DNA from: Coniocarpon cinnabarinum
Taxonomy: Eukaryota
Length of the DNA stretch: 64,000 nucleotides
Direction: 5' to 3'
Assembly (NCBI GenBank): GCA_051942205.1
Contig: JAVECO010000043.1
Span: forward strand, 62,001 to 126,000
Shown here: in pieces, positions 1 to 12,082 of the stretch
Layout: every line of letters starts with the position of its first letter
Position numbering within the stretch: position 1 is the first letter of the stretch
Made by a program: the position numbers and the translations under genes
Notes under the pieces: generated by a model
What the model was told of the DNA's origin: nothing
What the model saw: only the letters and a program-made list of their open reading frames with translations
The model's database searches: none

Positions 1-304
1 CACACTTTCTAAGTCCCCAGAATAGGCGCACATCTAACGCACCAGATGTTGGTCGTCGGTCATATGGCGACTGCGATACATTCCAAGCATCGCAGAAGCT
101 TTTAACAATGCGCTTGCACATGGGACATTCGGCCTCCGCTGAGCGCTTTAAGTCTTCCAAATCAGCACAGAAGGTATCCTCTTGCTCTGTTGTTTGGTCG
201 TTGGAGGTTTTGATCTGCTTGACAAAGCTTGATAGAAATGGCGAGAAGCGAGAAAAAAGGCAAGGCGGACACAATCGACAGGAATCCAGTTCCAAGTCCC
301 CCAT
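1..304 (-). CDS. 5' part of a gene running off the window edge; N-terminus resembles fungal HET-domain proteins
   Basis: Open frame from ATG at 304 to position 1: MGDLELDSCRLCPPCLFS...CADLEDLKRSAEAECPMCKRIVKSF. The LCxxC and LxxSAxxxCxxC motifs commonly precede the HET domain. The HET domain itself is outside the window. Confidence 0.45.
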   Translation of the reverse strand, partial: MGDLELDSCRLCPPCLFSRFSPFLSSFVKQIKTSNDQTTEQEDTFCADLEDLKRSAEAECPMCKRIVKSFCDAWNVSQSPYDRRPTSGALDVRLFWGLRKC

Positions 305-912
305 GCCAGTCTTTAGTCGAGGGGGATCTACTAACTCACAAACATGTCAACTACAAGTCTAGCCGCAATCAGACTGGCCGTCCCAGGTTTTCGCCGTATG
401 AAGTTGGTATCTTTCTTTCTTGATGTATTTGTAGAGTAGGTGCAGAGAGTCCTTTACATTGGTGCACATAGGATGAACCGGTTGTTCATAGAAGCGAATC
501 GTTTCTTTGCTCCCTTAGATATCCGCGAAAGAGCAAATGCAAGTTGGGTACGTTCACATTCTACTATCAAGATGCACTGCCGGGCTCACCAGACTCTTCT
601 CACATAGAATTGTATTCGATTAGACAATGCTTCAATGAGTAGTAATGAAGAAGTCATTCGCCCTGGAAGGGCGTCAGTGTCATACATTGGCGTAAGTCTA
701 AAGAGCTTTCTCCGATGACGGACAATCGTGACGGCACACGAATTAATGAATGTATGTTAGGTTGAAACTAATCAGATGATGCGATTGCCGCCTTGCCGCC
801 TCCTTGCCATTGGCAGGGTCCGCAATGATTCTTCAAACGTTGGTGCAATGCAAATGTCTTGCATTATGCTGTCCATTGCAGCCTGAGCACGAGCATGAGG
901 TAACCAAAACAG

Positions 913-3317
913 ATGGCTGGCAAGCGCCTTCTCGACGCTGCTCTGGTCCTCAATGCTGCCCGCAACATCGCCAAGCAGCATGTTCGGATCCGCAGCGAGC
1001 AGTATGACATCTGGTCTAAGACGTCGACGATAGCAAAATCGATTCAGTCTCAAACCGATCGCGTCACTCTCACTGCCCAGGCTGCTGCTGCGATCGCTAG
1101 GCGACTTAACGAGCAAGCACCTTCACCAAGCGACTTTGTAACACAGGCGCAGCGAACAGCAAATAGCGATGCCGTGCCACGGAGGGAGGCGGTTGATGAT
1201 AGTGGGACCGATCATACACAGAGGGAAGGCTTGCAGCAAGATCACCACTACAGGCGCTCGGAGCAAAATGCGGTACAGGAGCCGCCTCCAACAGGAGATC
1301 GTGAGGTAGCACAAGAGCAGCCGTTGCGAGCACCGACTCCAGACGGCTCGATCCCCCCCGTCGGTGCACCTGTAGATGTGAAGGATGCATCCACAGCGCC
1401 GGTCGGTGGTATTAGTGAGCGCGCTACAGTGCCACCTGCGAAGCATACGCTTGAGCAGGAGCAGTCAGTCGAGAGCGCTGAGCTGAAACCGGCGAGCTCC
1501 CGAGAGTCGACCATTCCAGATCCAAATCTGCAGAGGAGTCAAGAAGTGCCCCAGAAAGAGGCTGTGCCGGAGCAGGATGAAGTTCCAGAAGGTGTGAACC
1601 TCGACGTGTTTCACACGCCACGGATGAAGAAGATGCTGGGAGGCAAGGGAGCAGGTATCAAGCCAGGTACTGATCTGCCACTCGAAGGGGCGAGACCTGC
1701 GCCCGCAGAGAAGCGTAAACAAGCAGATGCCACAGATCAAGAGGTGCATAACACGCGGATGTCTGCTAGCATTCAGGAGAACACAACACAGAAAGAGGAC
1801 GACGATGTCCACGAGCTTGCTGCAGACATTGCGCAAGATCAACATCAAGTTCATGACACGCCAGAGCAGGTAAGAAGTATCAATTCATATGAGCAGGCTA
1901 AAGCTGATGAACTGACCCAGGCCAGCAGCGAAATGTTGAAGCGGCTGCAGGTGGGAGCTCAGCTACTCCTTACCAGATGCATGAATCTCGCGTTCCATCC
2001 TCCCGCTTTGGCCGGCTCTGGCAATACGCTGGGCTAGGAACTAGCATGGCTTTTGGTGCTGTTGGAGAATCCTTCCGGCGTGTAGCTGGAGGTGCTTCAG
2101 GCGGATCCCTTATGCTCAGCGCAGGTAACATGGAGAGACTGGTGACCAAATTGTCTCGCATGCGCGGAGCGGCTCTAAAGCTTGGCCAGATGATCAGCTT
2201 CCAGGATCTCAAAATGCTGCCTGCACCTGTTCATGAGGTACTGCAGAGAGTGCAAGACAATGCCGACTACATGCCGGCTTCACAGCGGGATCAGGTTTTG
2301 GCATCTAATCTTGGTGCCGAATGGCGAGCGCTTTTTTCGTCGTTTGACGATGTTCCAATGGCGGCCGCGTCCATTGGTCAAGTGCACAAAGCTACTATAA
2401 CATCGACAGGACAAACGGTAGCTGTCAAAATACAATACCCAGGTGTCTCGAGATCGATCGACTCTGACTTGAACAACCTATCGATTTTGTTGACAGCATC
2501 GAGGATACTGCCCAAAGGCTTGTTCCTCGACAAGACGATTGCAAACGCAAGAACCGAGCTGGCATGGGAAACGGACTACATTCGAGAGGCCGGGTACCAG
2601 CAGCGCTTCAGAGACCTCCTGGCAGATGAGAGCAATACATTTACCGTGCCCGCGGTGGTCCAGGAGGCATCAGGCCCGCAGGTGCTTACGGCCGAATACA
2701 TGACCGGCACTGCGGTGACAAAGTCGTCACTGAACTTGACCCAAGAGCAACGGGATTGGATAGGGACGCAGATCATGCGACTCTGCCTGCGAGAGCTCAC
2801 CGAATTCAATCTCATGCAGACAGATCCCAACTGGACCAATTTCCTCTACAACGCTGCGACGAACAAGCTCGAGCTTCTCGACTTCGGCGCGGCACGCGAG
2901 TATCCGTCGAAATTTGTGGATCCGTATGTTTTGGTCCTGTTATCTGCAGCGCGACGAGACCGAGAGCGCATACGTGAGCTTAGCATAGAGCTGGGCTACC
3001 TCACCGGCCACGAGTCGAAGACCATGGTTGACGCCCATGTCAACTCCGTCCTGACACTTGCCGAACCCTTTGATGACGGTCAGGCGGTCGACGCCGTCTA
3101 CGACTTTCGTGACCAGACCATCACGGACAGGGTGAGAAGCTTCATCCCGACCATGGTGCGAGAGCGGCTGTCGCCACCGCCTGAGGAGACATACAGCCTG
3201 CACCGCAAACTGAGCGGGGCGTTCCTGTTACTGGCTCGTCTCGGCAGTCGGGTGCAGTGTCGAGAGCTGTTTGTGAAGGCGACGGGCCTGTGGCAGCAGA
3301 AAAGAGGCGTTGCGTAG
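913..3317 (+). CDS. COQ8: ABC1/COQ8 atypical mitochondrial kinase; join(913..1869,1926..3317)
   Basis: Motifs ALKLGQ (KxGQ), AAASIGQVH, VAVKIQYPG, QTDPNWTNF and LLDFG. Intron runs from GTAAGA at 1870 to an acceptor at 1925 (or 1928), which restores the frame between the two ORFs. Confidence 0.95.
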
Positions 3318-4546
3318 GTATGGACCTTGAATTCTGCATTGGCGAGCACGTGAATGGAATCCGCGAGAGCATGCGCGTCCAGGGCGATCGAGAAGGGCAG
3401 TCGATGGCAGTCTGGTAAGGGCAGAGCCTCTGATTGGGCATCAGGCCCAGATCGGGCATCCACACGCTGGCGGGCGCAGACGCGAGCGAGGGCAACGCAC
3501 CAACCAGTGTCGTGGCCGCGGCGGAATTGGCCTGAACGAGTCTGTTACACCGCTGCTCTGCCGTCGTGGCCAGCGTCTGCAAGCGTCGGGTGTGTGGGCG
3601 CGGCGAAGGGACGAGAGAGAGAGAGCCGTGGGGTGAATGGGGTGGACGATGTCTGTGGTGGATGGAGAAAAGAGACCGCCAGCCTTGGCGCGCTAGCACT
3701 AGCCTGACCAGGGTTCACTTCCGATGGTTCAGGGCGGCAACCCGTTGAGCGTTTAGAGCAATTGAGGAGAGTTGCAATGTCGGACACTCAGCACATGTGT
3801 AGATGGCTTAGAGAGGACCGTATCTCCATAGCAGATGTCGAGACGGGGTGGATTCGGGATGCACAACCAGTAGTAGCAGCATTGATACTAGAGTGTGCTG
3901 GAGGTGCTGGGTCCGGAGTACATCATCCAGACATCCGTCCGCCCCAGCCACACCACTTCAATGACATCTGCTTCTGCACTTTACACACACACCTGCCCAG
4001 CCTTTGCTTTCTTTCCTCTGCAACACCCTCTCCCAGCATCTGTGCTTCCTCTCCATCCTGGTCGACTGGAGGTGACACGGCCTCTCCTCCGCTCTGCTCG
4101 GCCTCTGCCATCGCTCCACTGAGCTGCGCGTCATTTCACTTTCCACCTCCACCGCCACACATCACAGCACTGCTGGGCTACCTCTCGCAACCTTCGACTC
4201 CCTCCTGCCTGCTTCTGCAAAGCTCACCACCACTTCCCTCGCCTCCTGCTCTATTGCGATCTCTTTTATACTCGCTCGACGTCTTTCACCTGGGCAGAAC
4301 TTCGGCGCTGATCAGCGTAGCACCGTCACCCACAGGCTTCCTGCTGCGGCGTAGCTACACACTCTCTCGGTTCCTCTGCAACCTGCAGGCAGGCACCCGA
4401 CGTGTCGCAGAACCGCATCCATTCTGCCGCGCCCGTTCGGACCATTATTGGTACTCATCCAGTTCATGCTGCTGGTGCAGTCTCCGCAAGTCTTCTGATT
4501 GCCAAGACATGCCTTCTTGCACCCATCAGCCTCTGCAGTCGTGGTA

Positions 4547-7500
4547 ATGAAGGCCACGTCCAAACGGCCTACATTACCAGCGCCCACGGACTCTGAAGTG
4601 TCTGACAACAACCCAATCGAGCAGTACAAGAGCGAAGTGAGCACTGAGCTCTCGCACACCACCGACCGCACCCACTATTCCGTGCCGGACGACGGCAGAG
4701 AAATCAGAGTTCCGACGAAGAAGATAAAAGGTGGGAAGCTACCGGTTTCTACTGGCAACTCGCAGACGTCGCTGTTGATCGAGTATTACGAGACTCAAGC
4801 TGGTAAGACTCCTGACGATCCGCACGGTCGATCAGGCGTGAGAGTCAAGGTTACGCCTCACGCCAGGAGAGTCAAGGCGGGGGAAGTCAGAGTAACGGAC
4901 ATCGGCAACAGCCTCAAGACAACTCACCAGCGACAGGTTCGCATCGATCCCCCGGTCGAATCGCGAGGTCCGCCCGTGTCGTTCAACCCTAGCCTTGTTG
5001 AGTACTCAAACCTCTCACCACAACGCTCAGATCTCGAAATCATGGGTCACCAAAGCGAGCTTTCTGAGCTCCCTGCAGAGTCGAACGTCTCTTCGATGCC
5101 GGGCGATAGTATCATCGATGAGCCGATTCGGGTGGATGAACCGGAGACAAGGCGGACCGAGAGCTTGGATCGCAATGAAGAAGTCACAACAACAGACGCT
5201 GCCGAGGTCGGAAAACTCAGAGCTCCGGACCTTGCGCATAGTCGAAGCCTGAGTAAAGAGCGCATTACGAGGAAGGCTCTGGAGAAGATTGCCAGAGAGC
5301 AGAGTCCAGAGCCCGTCAAGCCGCGCAAGCTCCAAAAGAATAGACCACAAAGCAGTGGTTCAGATCAAGTTGAAGAAGCTTTGAAGTCACGTAGCCGAAG
5401 ATCCAGCAACAGTCATCGCGAAAGCAGCGATCTCAAGAGCTATACTGGGTCCAGTCTGTTGCCACCACGTGACAATGACTCGAATCTGTCCGGTGGCTCC
5501 AAAGTGTCGCTGAACAATCCGCGACTTTTGGCTACTGTTGAAGATGCTATTAAACGGTTGATTCTGCCCGAGATTGAGATGATCAAAAGAAATCAGTCTG
5601 TGCGGAGCACACGGACACGCGATTCCGACTTGACCGAGGACAGCTTGTCTCGCTCAGGTACAGGACATCGATTGTCTAAGACGACTAGCGAGCCCTATGT
5701 CAAAGGTCGCCATTCTGATGAGACGTCGTCACGCGATGACCGGCGACGGAGAAAGCACAAGAAGTCGAGCAGGGAAGTGGATTCTGATGCGACCAGCAGT
5801 CGACGAGACTCATTCGATAGCGTCGCGGCGGAGAAAGAGCGCATCAAGAAAAACTCGAAAACATCGTCGCGAACGCGAGACAAGGATCCACATGCTCTCA
5901 CACGGGGGAACCTCAAGTCTCATACTTCACGATCAAGCATGGACGAGAAGGAACACCGACATTCCTCCGGACGAAAGCACAGCAGCAAGACAAGGAGCCA
6001 AGACAACTCCATCGCAGAAACTGAGGAAGAATATTACAAAAAGAATGAAATTCCACCCATGCCAATGAACAGTGAGATCCAGGACTCCGACCTCACACGA
6101 ACGTCCTTGCTCTCGGCAGAGACCGCTGGCACTGAAGACGCTCATTCAGTGGCCCCTGCAGGTGATCAGTCGAAGACCAAGGCTGTCGGTCGCGATGCTG
6201 AAGTGGTGTCGCCAGTCTCCAGCAAAACCGCCCGCCAAGTTAAATCACAGGATTCCCGTGATCTGAAGAGATCCCGAAGCGACCGCAGCATTTCATCTAA
6301 GCACTCCCACAAAGCCGCGGCACTGGCTGCCGCAGGTCTGGGAGGTGCTGCAGGCGGTTTGTATGGTTACAAAGCGCGTGAACACAGCCGCCCTTCGTCT
6401 CGTAGATCAAGTGGTGACAAGCGCATCGCAAACAGAGACCATTCCCCAGCTCGGAGTTCAGCCAAGACCGGCAGAGAAACCGCCAGTCGGGACGTGGATA
6501 CTTTGAGGTTTGATGACAAGAAGCATAAAGAGAAAGTAGAGAGACCTCCTACGACTCGGGAAATGTCGAAAGACTCTGTGCAGACGACATCTACAACTGA
6601 GTATCCAGTCACAAGCAAGCGCTCGATCAAAGACAAACGGCATGAAACCCTCAACTACTCTGAGCCCGAACTCATGCAGACCCCCACGGAGCCAAGTGCA
6701 GAGCCAGTCGTGCAAGGTGACGAGGCGGATGAAGACGCCGAAGAATTCTATCAACATCAACATGAGTTGAATGAACGCTACCGTACGTCAGTGGACGAGG
6801 ACTTGAAGCGAGAGTCAGGCAACTGGTTGCAAGGTGCTGAAGAGACGCCCAATGCAAGCGTCCGAGACAGTGTCGATGCGCAGTCCCTTGGTCCGACTCC
6901 AGGCGGCCAACAGATTCGAGGCGTTGGTGCCAACCCAAAACTAGTAGATGAACCACACTGGGCAGAATCGGCAGTGGCATCGCTCATCAACCAGTCTATG
7001 GTCAGCGAACAATCTGGTCCAATGGAGGCAGGCCAGGCACCCGAATTGCATCACAAGCAAGACATTGACAACCTCGAAGAGACCCGTGAGATACAATCTC
7101 ACGAGCAAGACCAGCACGACGAGCACGACGAGCACCTTGGAGAACCCCTCGAGCAGTCTCTTGAAGACAAGAGCCCTTGGCTGCATGAGCATGCCAGTAC
7201 GAGCGCTGAAAGATGGAACGCCATCCGTGACCACACACAGAAGATTTCAAGCGGAGCGAACACTTTGAGTAGCGATGGTGGCAACAACTCCCCCGTGAAG
7301 CAGCAGGAGACTCATGAGGTCTCGTCGATGGACAGACCTCGTATGAGATCCAACGCCATGCCAACGCAAGACGATGAAATGCCAGCCGTCGGCTATGGAC
7401 AAGATGATGTCTCAGACGTCACTGACCCTGAACAGTACAAGCCACGGCCTGACTCGATCGTAGAAGGACCTCTTGGAGATGAGTACGAGAACCGAGGACT

Positions 7501-10276
7501 GTGGCCCTATGAGCCAACTCCGGATCTCGAACGTCGCGGTGGTTTCATCCACCCTCACGATCGTGACTCGAGATCGATCGACTCTGGTGTGATGGCCGCA
7601 ATGGGAGCGGCGACTGGAGCGGGTCTCGGTATTGGGGCTGTCGAAGCTGCGCGGTCCGCCAAAAGCTCTCAGCCATCACTCCGTGAGCAGCCCTCTGTGT
7701 CCGCGGCCTCGGACGATAGTCGATATGCGCGCCCTCAAGGTCCGCGGCAACCTCCTACCTCAGACAGGCAGTACACGGGTCCAAGTCCAAACTATCAGAA
7801 GGATGAAGGCTACATCTCGGCTGCACATCCGCGCTCGCCAAGTGTAGGAAGCCCGCTGTCATTCTCCAAGCCGCCGCCGAAGCTGTTTGACGAGCGTGAC
7901 GCGAAGAACGTGCAGCCATCGACGTACCAGGAACCGCCTTCGACCTATCAAGGGCAGCCCACGCCAGCGACGCCAGACGATCCTTTCGTGAACAACGATC
8001 AGGGCAAGCGTGACCGACACTTGAGTGTCAACTCTCACGGCATTCCTGCAGAAGGCTACGATGCTGCCATGGGCACAGGCCTGAACAACATTGAATCAAA
8101 GGACGTGGTGGCTCTGATGGACCACTTGACTGTTCGAGATGCGCATCGGAACGCTCGTGATACTGAAATTCTGGTGACACTGGTACGAAGTGCTGCCGAG
8201 ATGCGCAATCAATTTGATGAATTGAAAAACCAAGTCGACATGCAGGGCCAGCTTACCCGCCGTCACGACACCAAGGAAGCCAAAGACGCGATTAGCAAAA
8301 TCATGACTGGAACGCGCGCGGCTGCACTTTCAAATAATTCCGGACCTCTTCGAAGCGCTCGTTTCACCGCATCGTCAGCAGAGCGTGAAGACCCGCCACC
8401 AGCAAAAAGAAAGAACATTTTCAAACGTGCTCTTTCTGGACTGGGATCAAGAAACGAGAAAGATCTTAACAAGATGGAAGACATGCTCATGCAGCTTCTT
8501 GAGGACGTCGAAGCCCTCAGAGACGCTCAAGCATCGTCCTTAGCAGGTGGCAGTCAAGCACCGACTCTGCCGGCAAAAGCCAGCTTGGATTCATATGAGA
8601 GACTTCGCGCTGCACCTTCGTCAGGCTATGAACCTGACGGTCAGGCAGGCACGTCGTCAACCCCAAACGCCTCAGGCACTTTTAGTCCAGCGCATTCTCG
8701 CCAGTCTGCACATCGAATGCATTCTGGGTATAACGTCAGTCACGACGCTCATAATCGCATTAGCACTGTTCACGAGCACCCTGACGAGAATATACAAGCT
8801 ACTGACCCACGATACGAGAATGACGATGGTATGATCACGCCTACACAAGAAGCCCAGAATCAGCGATCAGGCACAGCGGCTACCGCAGCTCAACTCGGCG
8901 CCGTCGCGGCTGCTAGCTACAACACACCACCGTCGACTGGACAAAGTCGCGGCCTCAACAACGCCTACCTGACACCCAATACTCCACGCACCGGCGATCA
9001 CAAAGCCCGTCAAAAGTCTACTAGCTCCTCCGTCTTTGCTGGGATCCCGCGCATCTCACGCTGGAGCAAGACCACCACATCATCCGCGCCACGCGATTCT
9101 TTCCAGCATGATCGCTTCTCTGACGGAAGCCGCTCTGCATCTGACATCAATGTTCCTGCCGCCGGGGGCGATCCATACGATGCTCGTTCGCCAAGTCCTC
9201 TGCTTCCTCAAGATGACGTACCCATGGATGACCCCAAGTACCACGCAAACCGGCAAAGCTTGACATTGGAGCATCCGCAACCCAGACAAGGAAGCACGCA
9301 GCGTCACCAGTCCCATCTCGAGTCACAGGCATACAGCTATGCTCGTGCACCAAGTGAAAAGTCTATGTCTGACCGTGCAGGTAGTCCTGGTAGTCCCAGT
9401 AAACCACCCGACGACATTTTTGGCTCTGAACCCGGATTAGCCAAGAATCGTTTTAGCATTCGCCGTAGCAGCCGTGGAACGAGTGGAGACTATGGCACTC
9501 CGCAGTCGACGGGCTCAGGCGGATATCGACCGCCTGTGCGTCATGATGAAGGACCACTCGTTCCCTCTGTCACTCAGACACAGGCCCAACACACACCCTC
9601 GCACGATGTGATGAGTCCTGAACACCGCCGCGACTCGCTAGATTCAATCGAGCCCTCAGATACCTCATCAGCTTCTTATCGGCGGCATGACGCAGCAGCA
9701 GCAGCCCGAGATCAACATGATGACAACGATGACGACGATTCCCTCCTCCCAGAGCATACCCGCCAGGAATGGACGCCATCGCCGCATACATCACCGTCTG
9801 ATCGCACGCCCTCTCCTCATACCTCCGACGACGAACGCACTGAGCCCGATCACGTTCAGTGGCCTCAACACTCCATTGGCATGCCTCTCGAGCGGCCGCG
9901 CTCTCCGTACTACCCAGGCGCCCAGCTTACCACGATCGAGGAAAGATATTCTCTCGAGCAAAGCCGGATTAGTAGTCCCATGTCTCGGCACCAGAGCGTG
10001 CGAAGTCGTGATCGAGGCGCCGACGGTGGAGCGTTGGGTTTTGGCGTTGATGAAGAGGATGTGGGGAGTACGGATACGCTGGGTGATGGTGGGAGCACAC
10101 CCACGGGTAGTCCCGTCAAAGGGGAGATGAGAGGGAATGCTGGGACTGAGGGGAGGCAAGTGAGTGGAGAACGAAAAGTAACGCCGTCGGGGCCGCGAGC
10201 CATGAATGAAAGGCGAGCTGTCAGTGGTGGGAGCGTGGGAAGCGTGGGCAGAAAGCCGGTGGCGGGGCGAGTGTAG
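4547..10276 (+). CDS. Large, largely disordered conserved fungal hypothetical protein (~1900 aa, single exon)
   Basis: 5.7-kb uninterrupted ORF with first ATG at 4547. Low-complexity sequence with ordered islands (SLLIEYYE; TVEDAIKRLILPE; ALMDHLTVRDAHRNARDTEILVTLVRSAAEMR). Confidence 0.85.
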   Translation: MKATSKRPTLPAPTDSEVSDNNPIEQYKSEVSTELSHTTDRTHYSVPDDGREIRVPTKKIKGGKLPVSTGNSQTSLLIEYYETQAGKTPDDPHGRSGVRVKVTPHARRVKAGEVRVTDIGNSLKTTHQRQVRIDPPVESRGPPVSFNPSLVEYSNLSPQRSDLEIMGHQSELSELPAESNVSSMPGDSIIDEPIRVDEPETRRTESLDRNEEVTTTDAAEVGKLRAPDLAHSRSLSKERITRKALEKIAREQSPEPVKPRKLQKNRPQSSGSDQVEEALKSRSRRSSNSHRESSDLKSYTGSSLLPPRDNDSNLSGGSKVSLNNPRLLATVEDAIKRLILPEIEMIKRNQSVRSTRTRDSDLTEDSLSRSGTGHRLSKTTSEPYVKGRHSDETSSRDDRRRRKHKKSSREVDSDATSSRRDSFDSVAAEKERIKKNSKTSSRTRDKDPHALTRGNLKSHTSRSSMDEKEHRHSSGRKHSSKTRSQDNSIAETEEEYYKKNEIPPMPMNSEIQDSDLTRTSLLSAETAGTEDAHSVAPAGDQSKTKAVGRDAEVVSPVSSKTARQVKSQDSRDLKRSRSDRSISSKHSHKAAALAAAGLGGAAGGLYGYKAREHSRPSSRRSSGDKRIANRDHSPARSSAKTGRETASRDVDTLRFDDKKHKEKVERPPTTREMSKDSVQTTSTTEYPVTSKRSIKDKRHETLNYSEPELMQTPTEPSAEPVVQGDEADEDAEEFYQHQHELNERYRTSVDEDLKRESGNWLQGAEETPNASVRDSVDAQSLGPTPGGQQIRGVGANPKLVDEPHWAESAVASLINQSMVSEQSGPMEAGQAPELHHKQDIDNLEETREIQSHEQDQHDEHDEHLGEPLEQSLEDKSPWLHEHASTSAERWNAIRDHTQKISSGANTLSSDGGNNSPVKQQETHEVSSMDRPRMRSNAMPTQDDEMPAVGYGQDDVSDVTDPEQYKPRPDSIVEGPLGDEYENRGLWPYEPTPDLERRGGFIHPHDRDSRSIDSGVMAAMGAATGAGLGIGAVEAARSAKSSQPSLREQPSVSAASDDSRYARPQGPRQPPTSDRQYTGPSPNYQKDEGYISAAHPRSPSVGSPLSFSKPPPKLFDERDAKNVQPSTYQEPPSTYQGQPTPATPDDPFVNNDQGKRDRHLSVNSHGIPAEGYDAAMGTGLNNIESKDVVALMDHLTVRDAHRNARDTEILVTLVRSAAEMRNQFDELKNQVDMQGQLTRRHDTKEAKDAISKIMTGTRAAALSNNSGPLRSARFTASSAEREDPPPAKRKNIFKRALSGLGSRNEKDLNKMEDMLMQLLEDVEALRDAQASSLAGGSQAPTLPAKASLDSYERLRAAPSSGYEPDGQAGTSSTPNASGTFSPAHSRQSAHRMHSGYNVSHDAHNRISTVHEHPDENIQATDPRYENDDGMITPTQEAQNQRSGTAATAAQLGAVAAASYNTPPSTGQSRGLNNAYLTPNTPRTGDHKARQKSTSSSVFAGIPRISRWSKTTTSSAPRDSFQHDRFSDGSRSASDINVPAAGGDPYDARSPSPLLPQDDVPMDDPKYHANRQSLTLEHPQPRQGSTQRHQSHLESQAYSYARAPSEKSMSDRAGSPGSPSKPPDDIFGSEPGLAKNRFSIRRSSRGTSGDYGTPQSTGSGGYRPPVRHDEGPLVPSVTQTQAQHTPSHDVMSPEHRRDSLDSIEPSDTSSASYRRHDAAAAARDQHDDNDDDDSLLPEHTRQEWTPSPHTSPSDRTPSPHTSDDERTEPDHVQWPQHSIGMPLERPRSPYYPGAQLTTIEERYSLEQSRISSPMSRHQSVRSRDRGADGGALGFGVDEEDVGSTDTLGDGGSTPTGSPVKGEMRGNAGTEGRQVSGERKVTPSGPRAMNERRAVSGGSVGSVGRKPVAGRV

Positions 10277-11440
10277 AAGGATGTCTTTCTCAGGGGTGCA
10301 GCTGCGGAATGTCTGACGATAGACGGCGGAGGTTGAGGAGTTGAATGAACCAGAATGGAGACGATGAGAAATCTGCGTCGTTATGGATAACGAGACATGA
10401 AGAAAACCCACGACGAAATGTGCGTATGAGGGGTAGGCGTTCTCAGGATTGGCTGTATATCAGATCAAGTCGTGTTAATGTGGAAAATCTCGACCCTTCT
10501 AAGGTCCTGTCTTTCAAGGTCTCGTCTTTCATGCTTGAGAATCATTCGCTAGAATATTACTGCATCTGGTCAAGTGGCCTTTTCTAAAGTTTCGAGACTC
10601 GACTTCTGAGGCGTATCAAGGGGAGAAAGTAATAGTCGTCTTTTCTGCAAACCACCAATCTTCAATACGACTAAGTACATATGTGTATCTATGTTTACAA
10701 GGGAGACATCAGCTGAGCTGCCAAGGTGGTTACCCCTTTGAGAAAATGTGTATATATGGCTTCTTCTCAACATACAATGAAAGAGCCTTATCGAAAGCAC
10801 CACGTGGACGCTTCTTGAGACCCATCGTAACAGCGCTGAAACGTCGGCGCTCGCGAGAAGGATCTCGTTCGAGCAAAGCAGCCTCATGGCATCCCATCAA
10901 GAAATCTGGCTTTTCGTAAGACTAATCAATTGACTGAGCACCCACTAATCATGGCGCTTCATAGAAACAAGACCTGCGCCACCAGTATCGCACCTCCCTT
11001 CTTGACAGGAAACCTCACAGAATAATAACGTGGTCGCCTTGCAAGCAACGCCTATGTCATTCATAAGATACCGTGCTTCCACTTCACGGTCAGACCCGCG
11101 TTTGCACGTCGCGGCGCCGTCTTAGGCATAATACGCGATGCTACCGGGGTGGCCCCGGTTAAATGCCAGCTGTTTACAAACTTGCAAGGTTCCTCCCGCG
11201 CACAGGCGTCATCTGCGAGTTACGAGCTAAGTTGTCCAATCCCGTTGGATACCGGCGCTAGAGCCATACTTGCAATCTGCGGGTCGCGATGGTGGGTCGC
11301 CGCTGTTGTTTAGCTGGTCAGCTCCAATCGCGTACCTTGCCATGCGCTTGCGAAAGCCAGGTGTCTTCCGACATTCATGGGTTGAAGTGGACACAGCATC
11401 AGTCCCTGACTGCCACTTCGACTAGCTACCACGTGCTCGT

Positions 11441-11534
11441 CGGTCTTGCGACTCTGGCATATTGAGTAGGCCCGGGACCTTAGCGAATTACGCAAAGCTG
11501 GCAAATCAAGTGGACCCGCTAGTTGACTATAAAA
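11441..11534 (+). promoter_or_regulatory. Two 44-bp repeat units followed by TATAAAA, upstream of paralog A
   Basis: Units at 11441-11484 and 11485-11528 match the consensus GGATCATGCAACTCTGGCATATTGAGTGGACCCGTGATC. TATAAAA lies at 11528. Confidence 0.6.
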
Positions 11535-11660
11535 TATGCGTATCCTGTCTCGTATCATCGGACATCATCCCAGCAGAACCGGTTCCTGAAAACAGTGCCG
11601 CATCTTGCCATATACCCCTTCCTGCTCATTGCTAAGCATCGTCATCCGAACCTTCCTACA

Positions 11661-12082
11661 ATGTGCTTGAAGTGGTTCCGCGATGTCCATAAATTCAAAG
11701 GGAAGGTCACTATCGAAGAGCGTAATACTAGCAAGTCCCATTCCTACGACGTTGATTTCAGGATCCGCGGTAAGCATATGGAGTCGGAAGCAGTAACCCG
11801 GCTCGGCGACACAACCGAAAAGAGGGAAACAGAGCTTAGAGACCGCTTCTCCAAGAAGTTTGAACAAGCTTATAAGGACCGCAAGATTTTCAAAGATAGA
11901 TGTGCGCCTGATAGTGAGGCTCTCCATGTATCTGTTGCGTAAGTCACAATGTTGCCAGTGCCTGTTTGAGGTTGCTCACATGTTATCACAGTCCGCCATC
12001 TCGTTTTGCTGAGAACCAGCAAAACCATCAGCTGGCATATACCGTATTTGACAGCACCCAGAACAAAATCGTCCAGTTGTGA
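11661..12082 (+). CDS. Small paralog A of an unrecognised five-member family; join(11661..11938,11992..12082), 122 aa
   Basis: ACAATG start. MCLKWFRDVHKFKGKV...AYKDRKIFKDRCAPDSEALHVSV-A-PPSRFAENQQNHQLAYTVFDSTQNKIVQL. 53-nt intron GTAAGT..GCTCAC..CAG. Aligns with four neighbouring genes. Confidence 0.8.

Noticed and set aside
1870..2037. Apparent frameshift between the two COQ8 ORFs
   Set aside because: Explained by an ordinary intron using the acceptor at 1925 or 1928.
3354..4547. Overlapping ORFs between COQ8 and the large hypothetical gene
   Set aside because: Low-complexity products from GC-rich UTR and pyrimidine-rich promoter sequence; likely spurious.
11523..11660. Longer N-termini given by the ORF track for paralogs A, B and D (TTG/GTG starts)
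   Set aside because: They run through the TATA and pyrimidine-rich leader; all five paralogs share an ACAATG start just before the conserved core.
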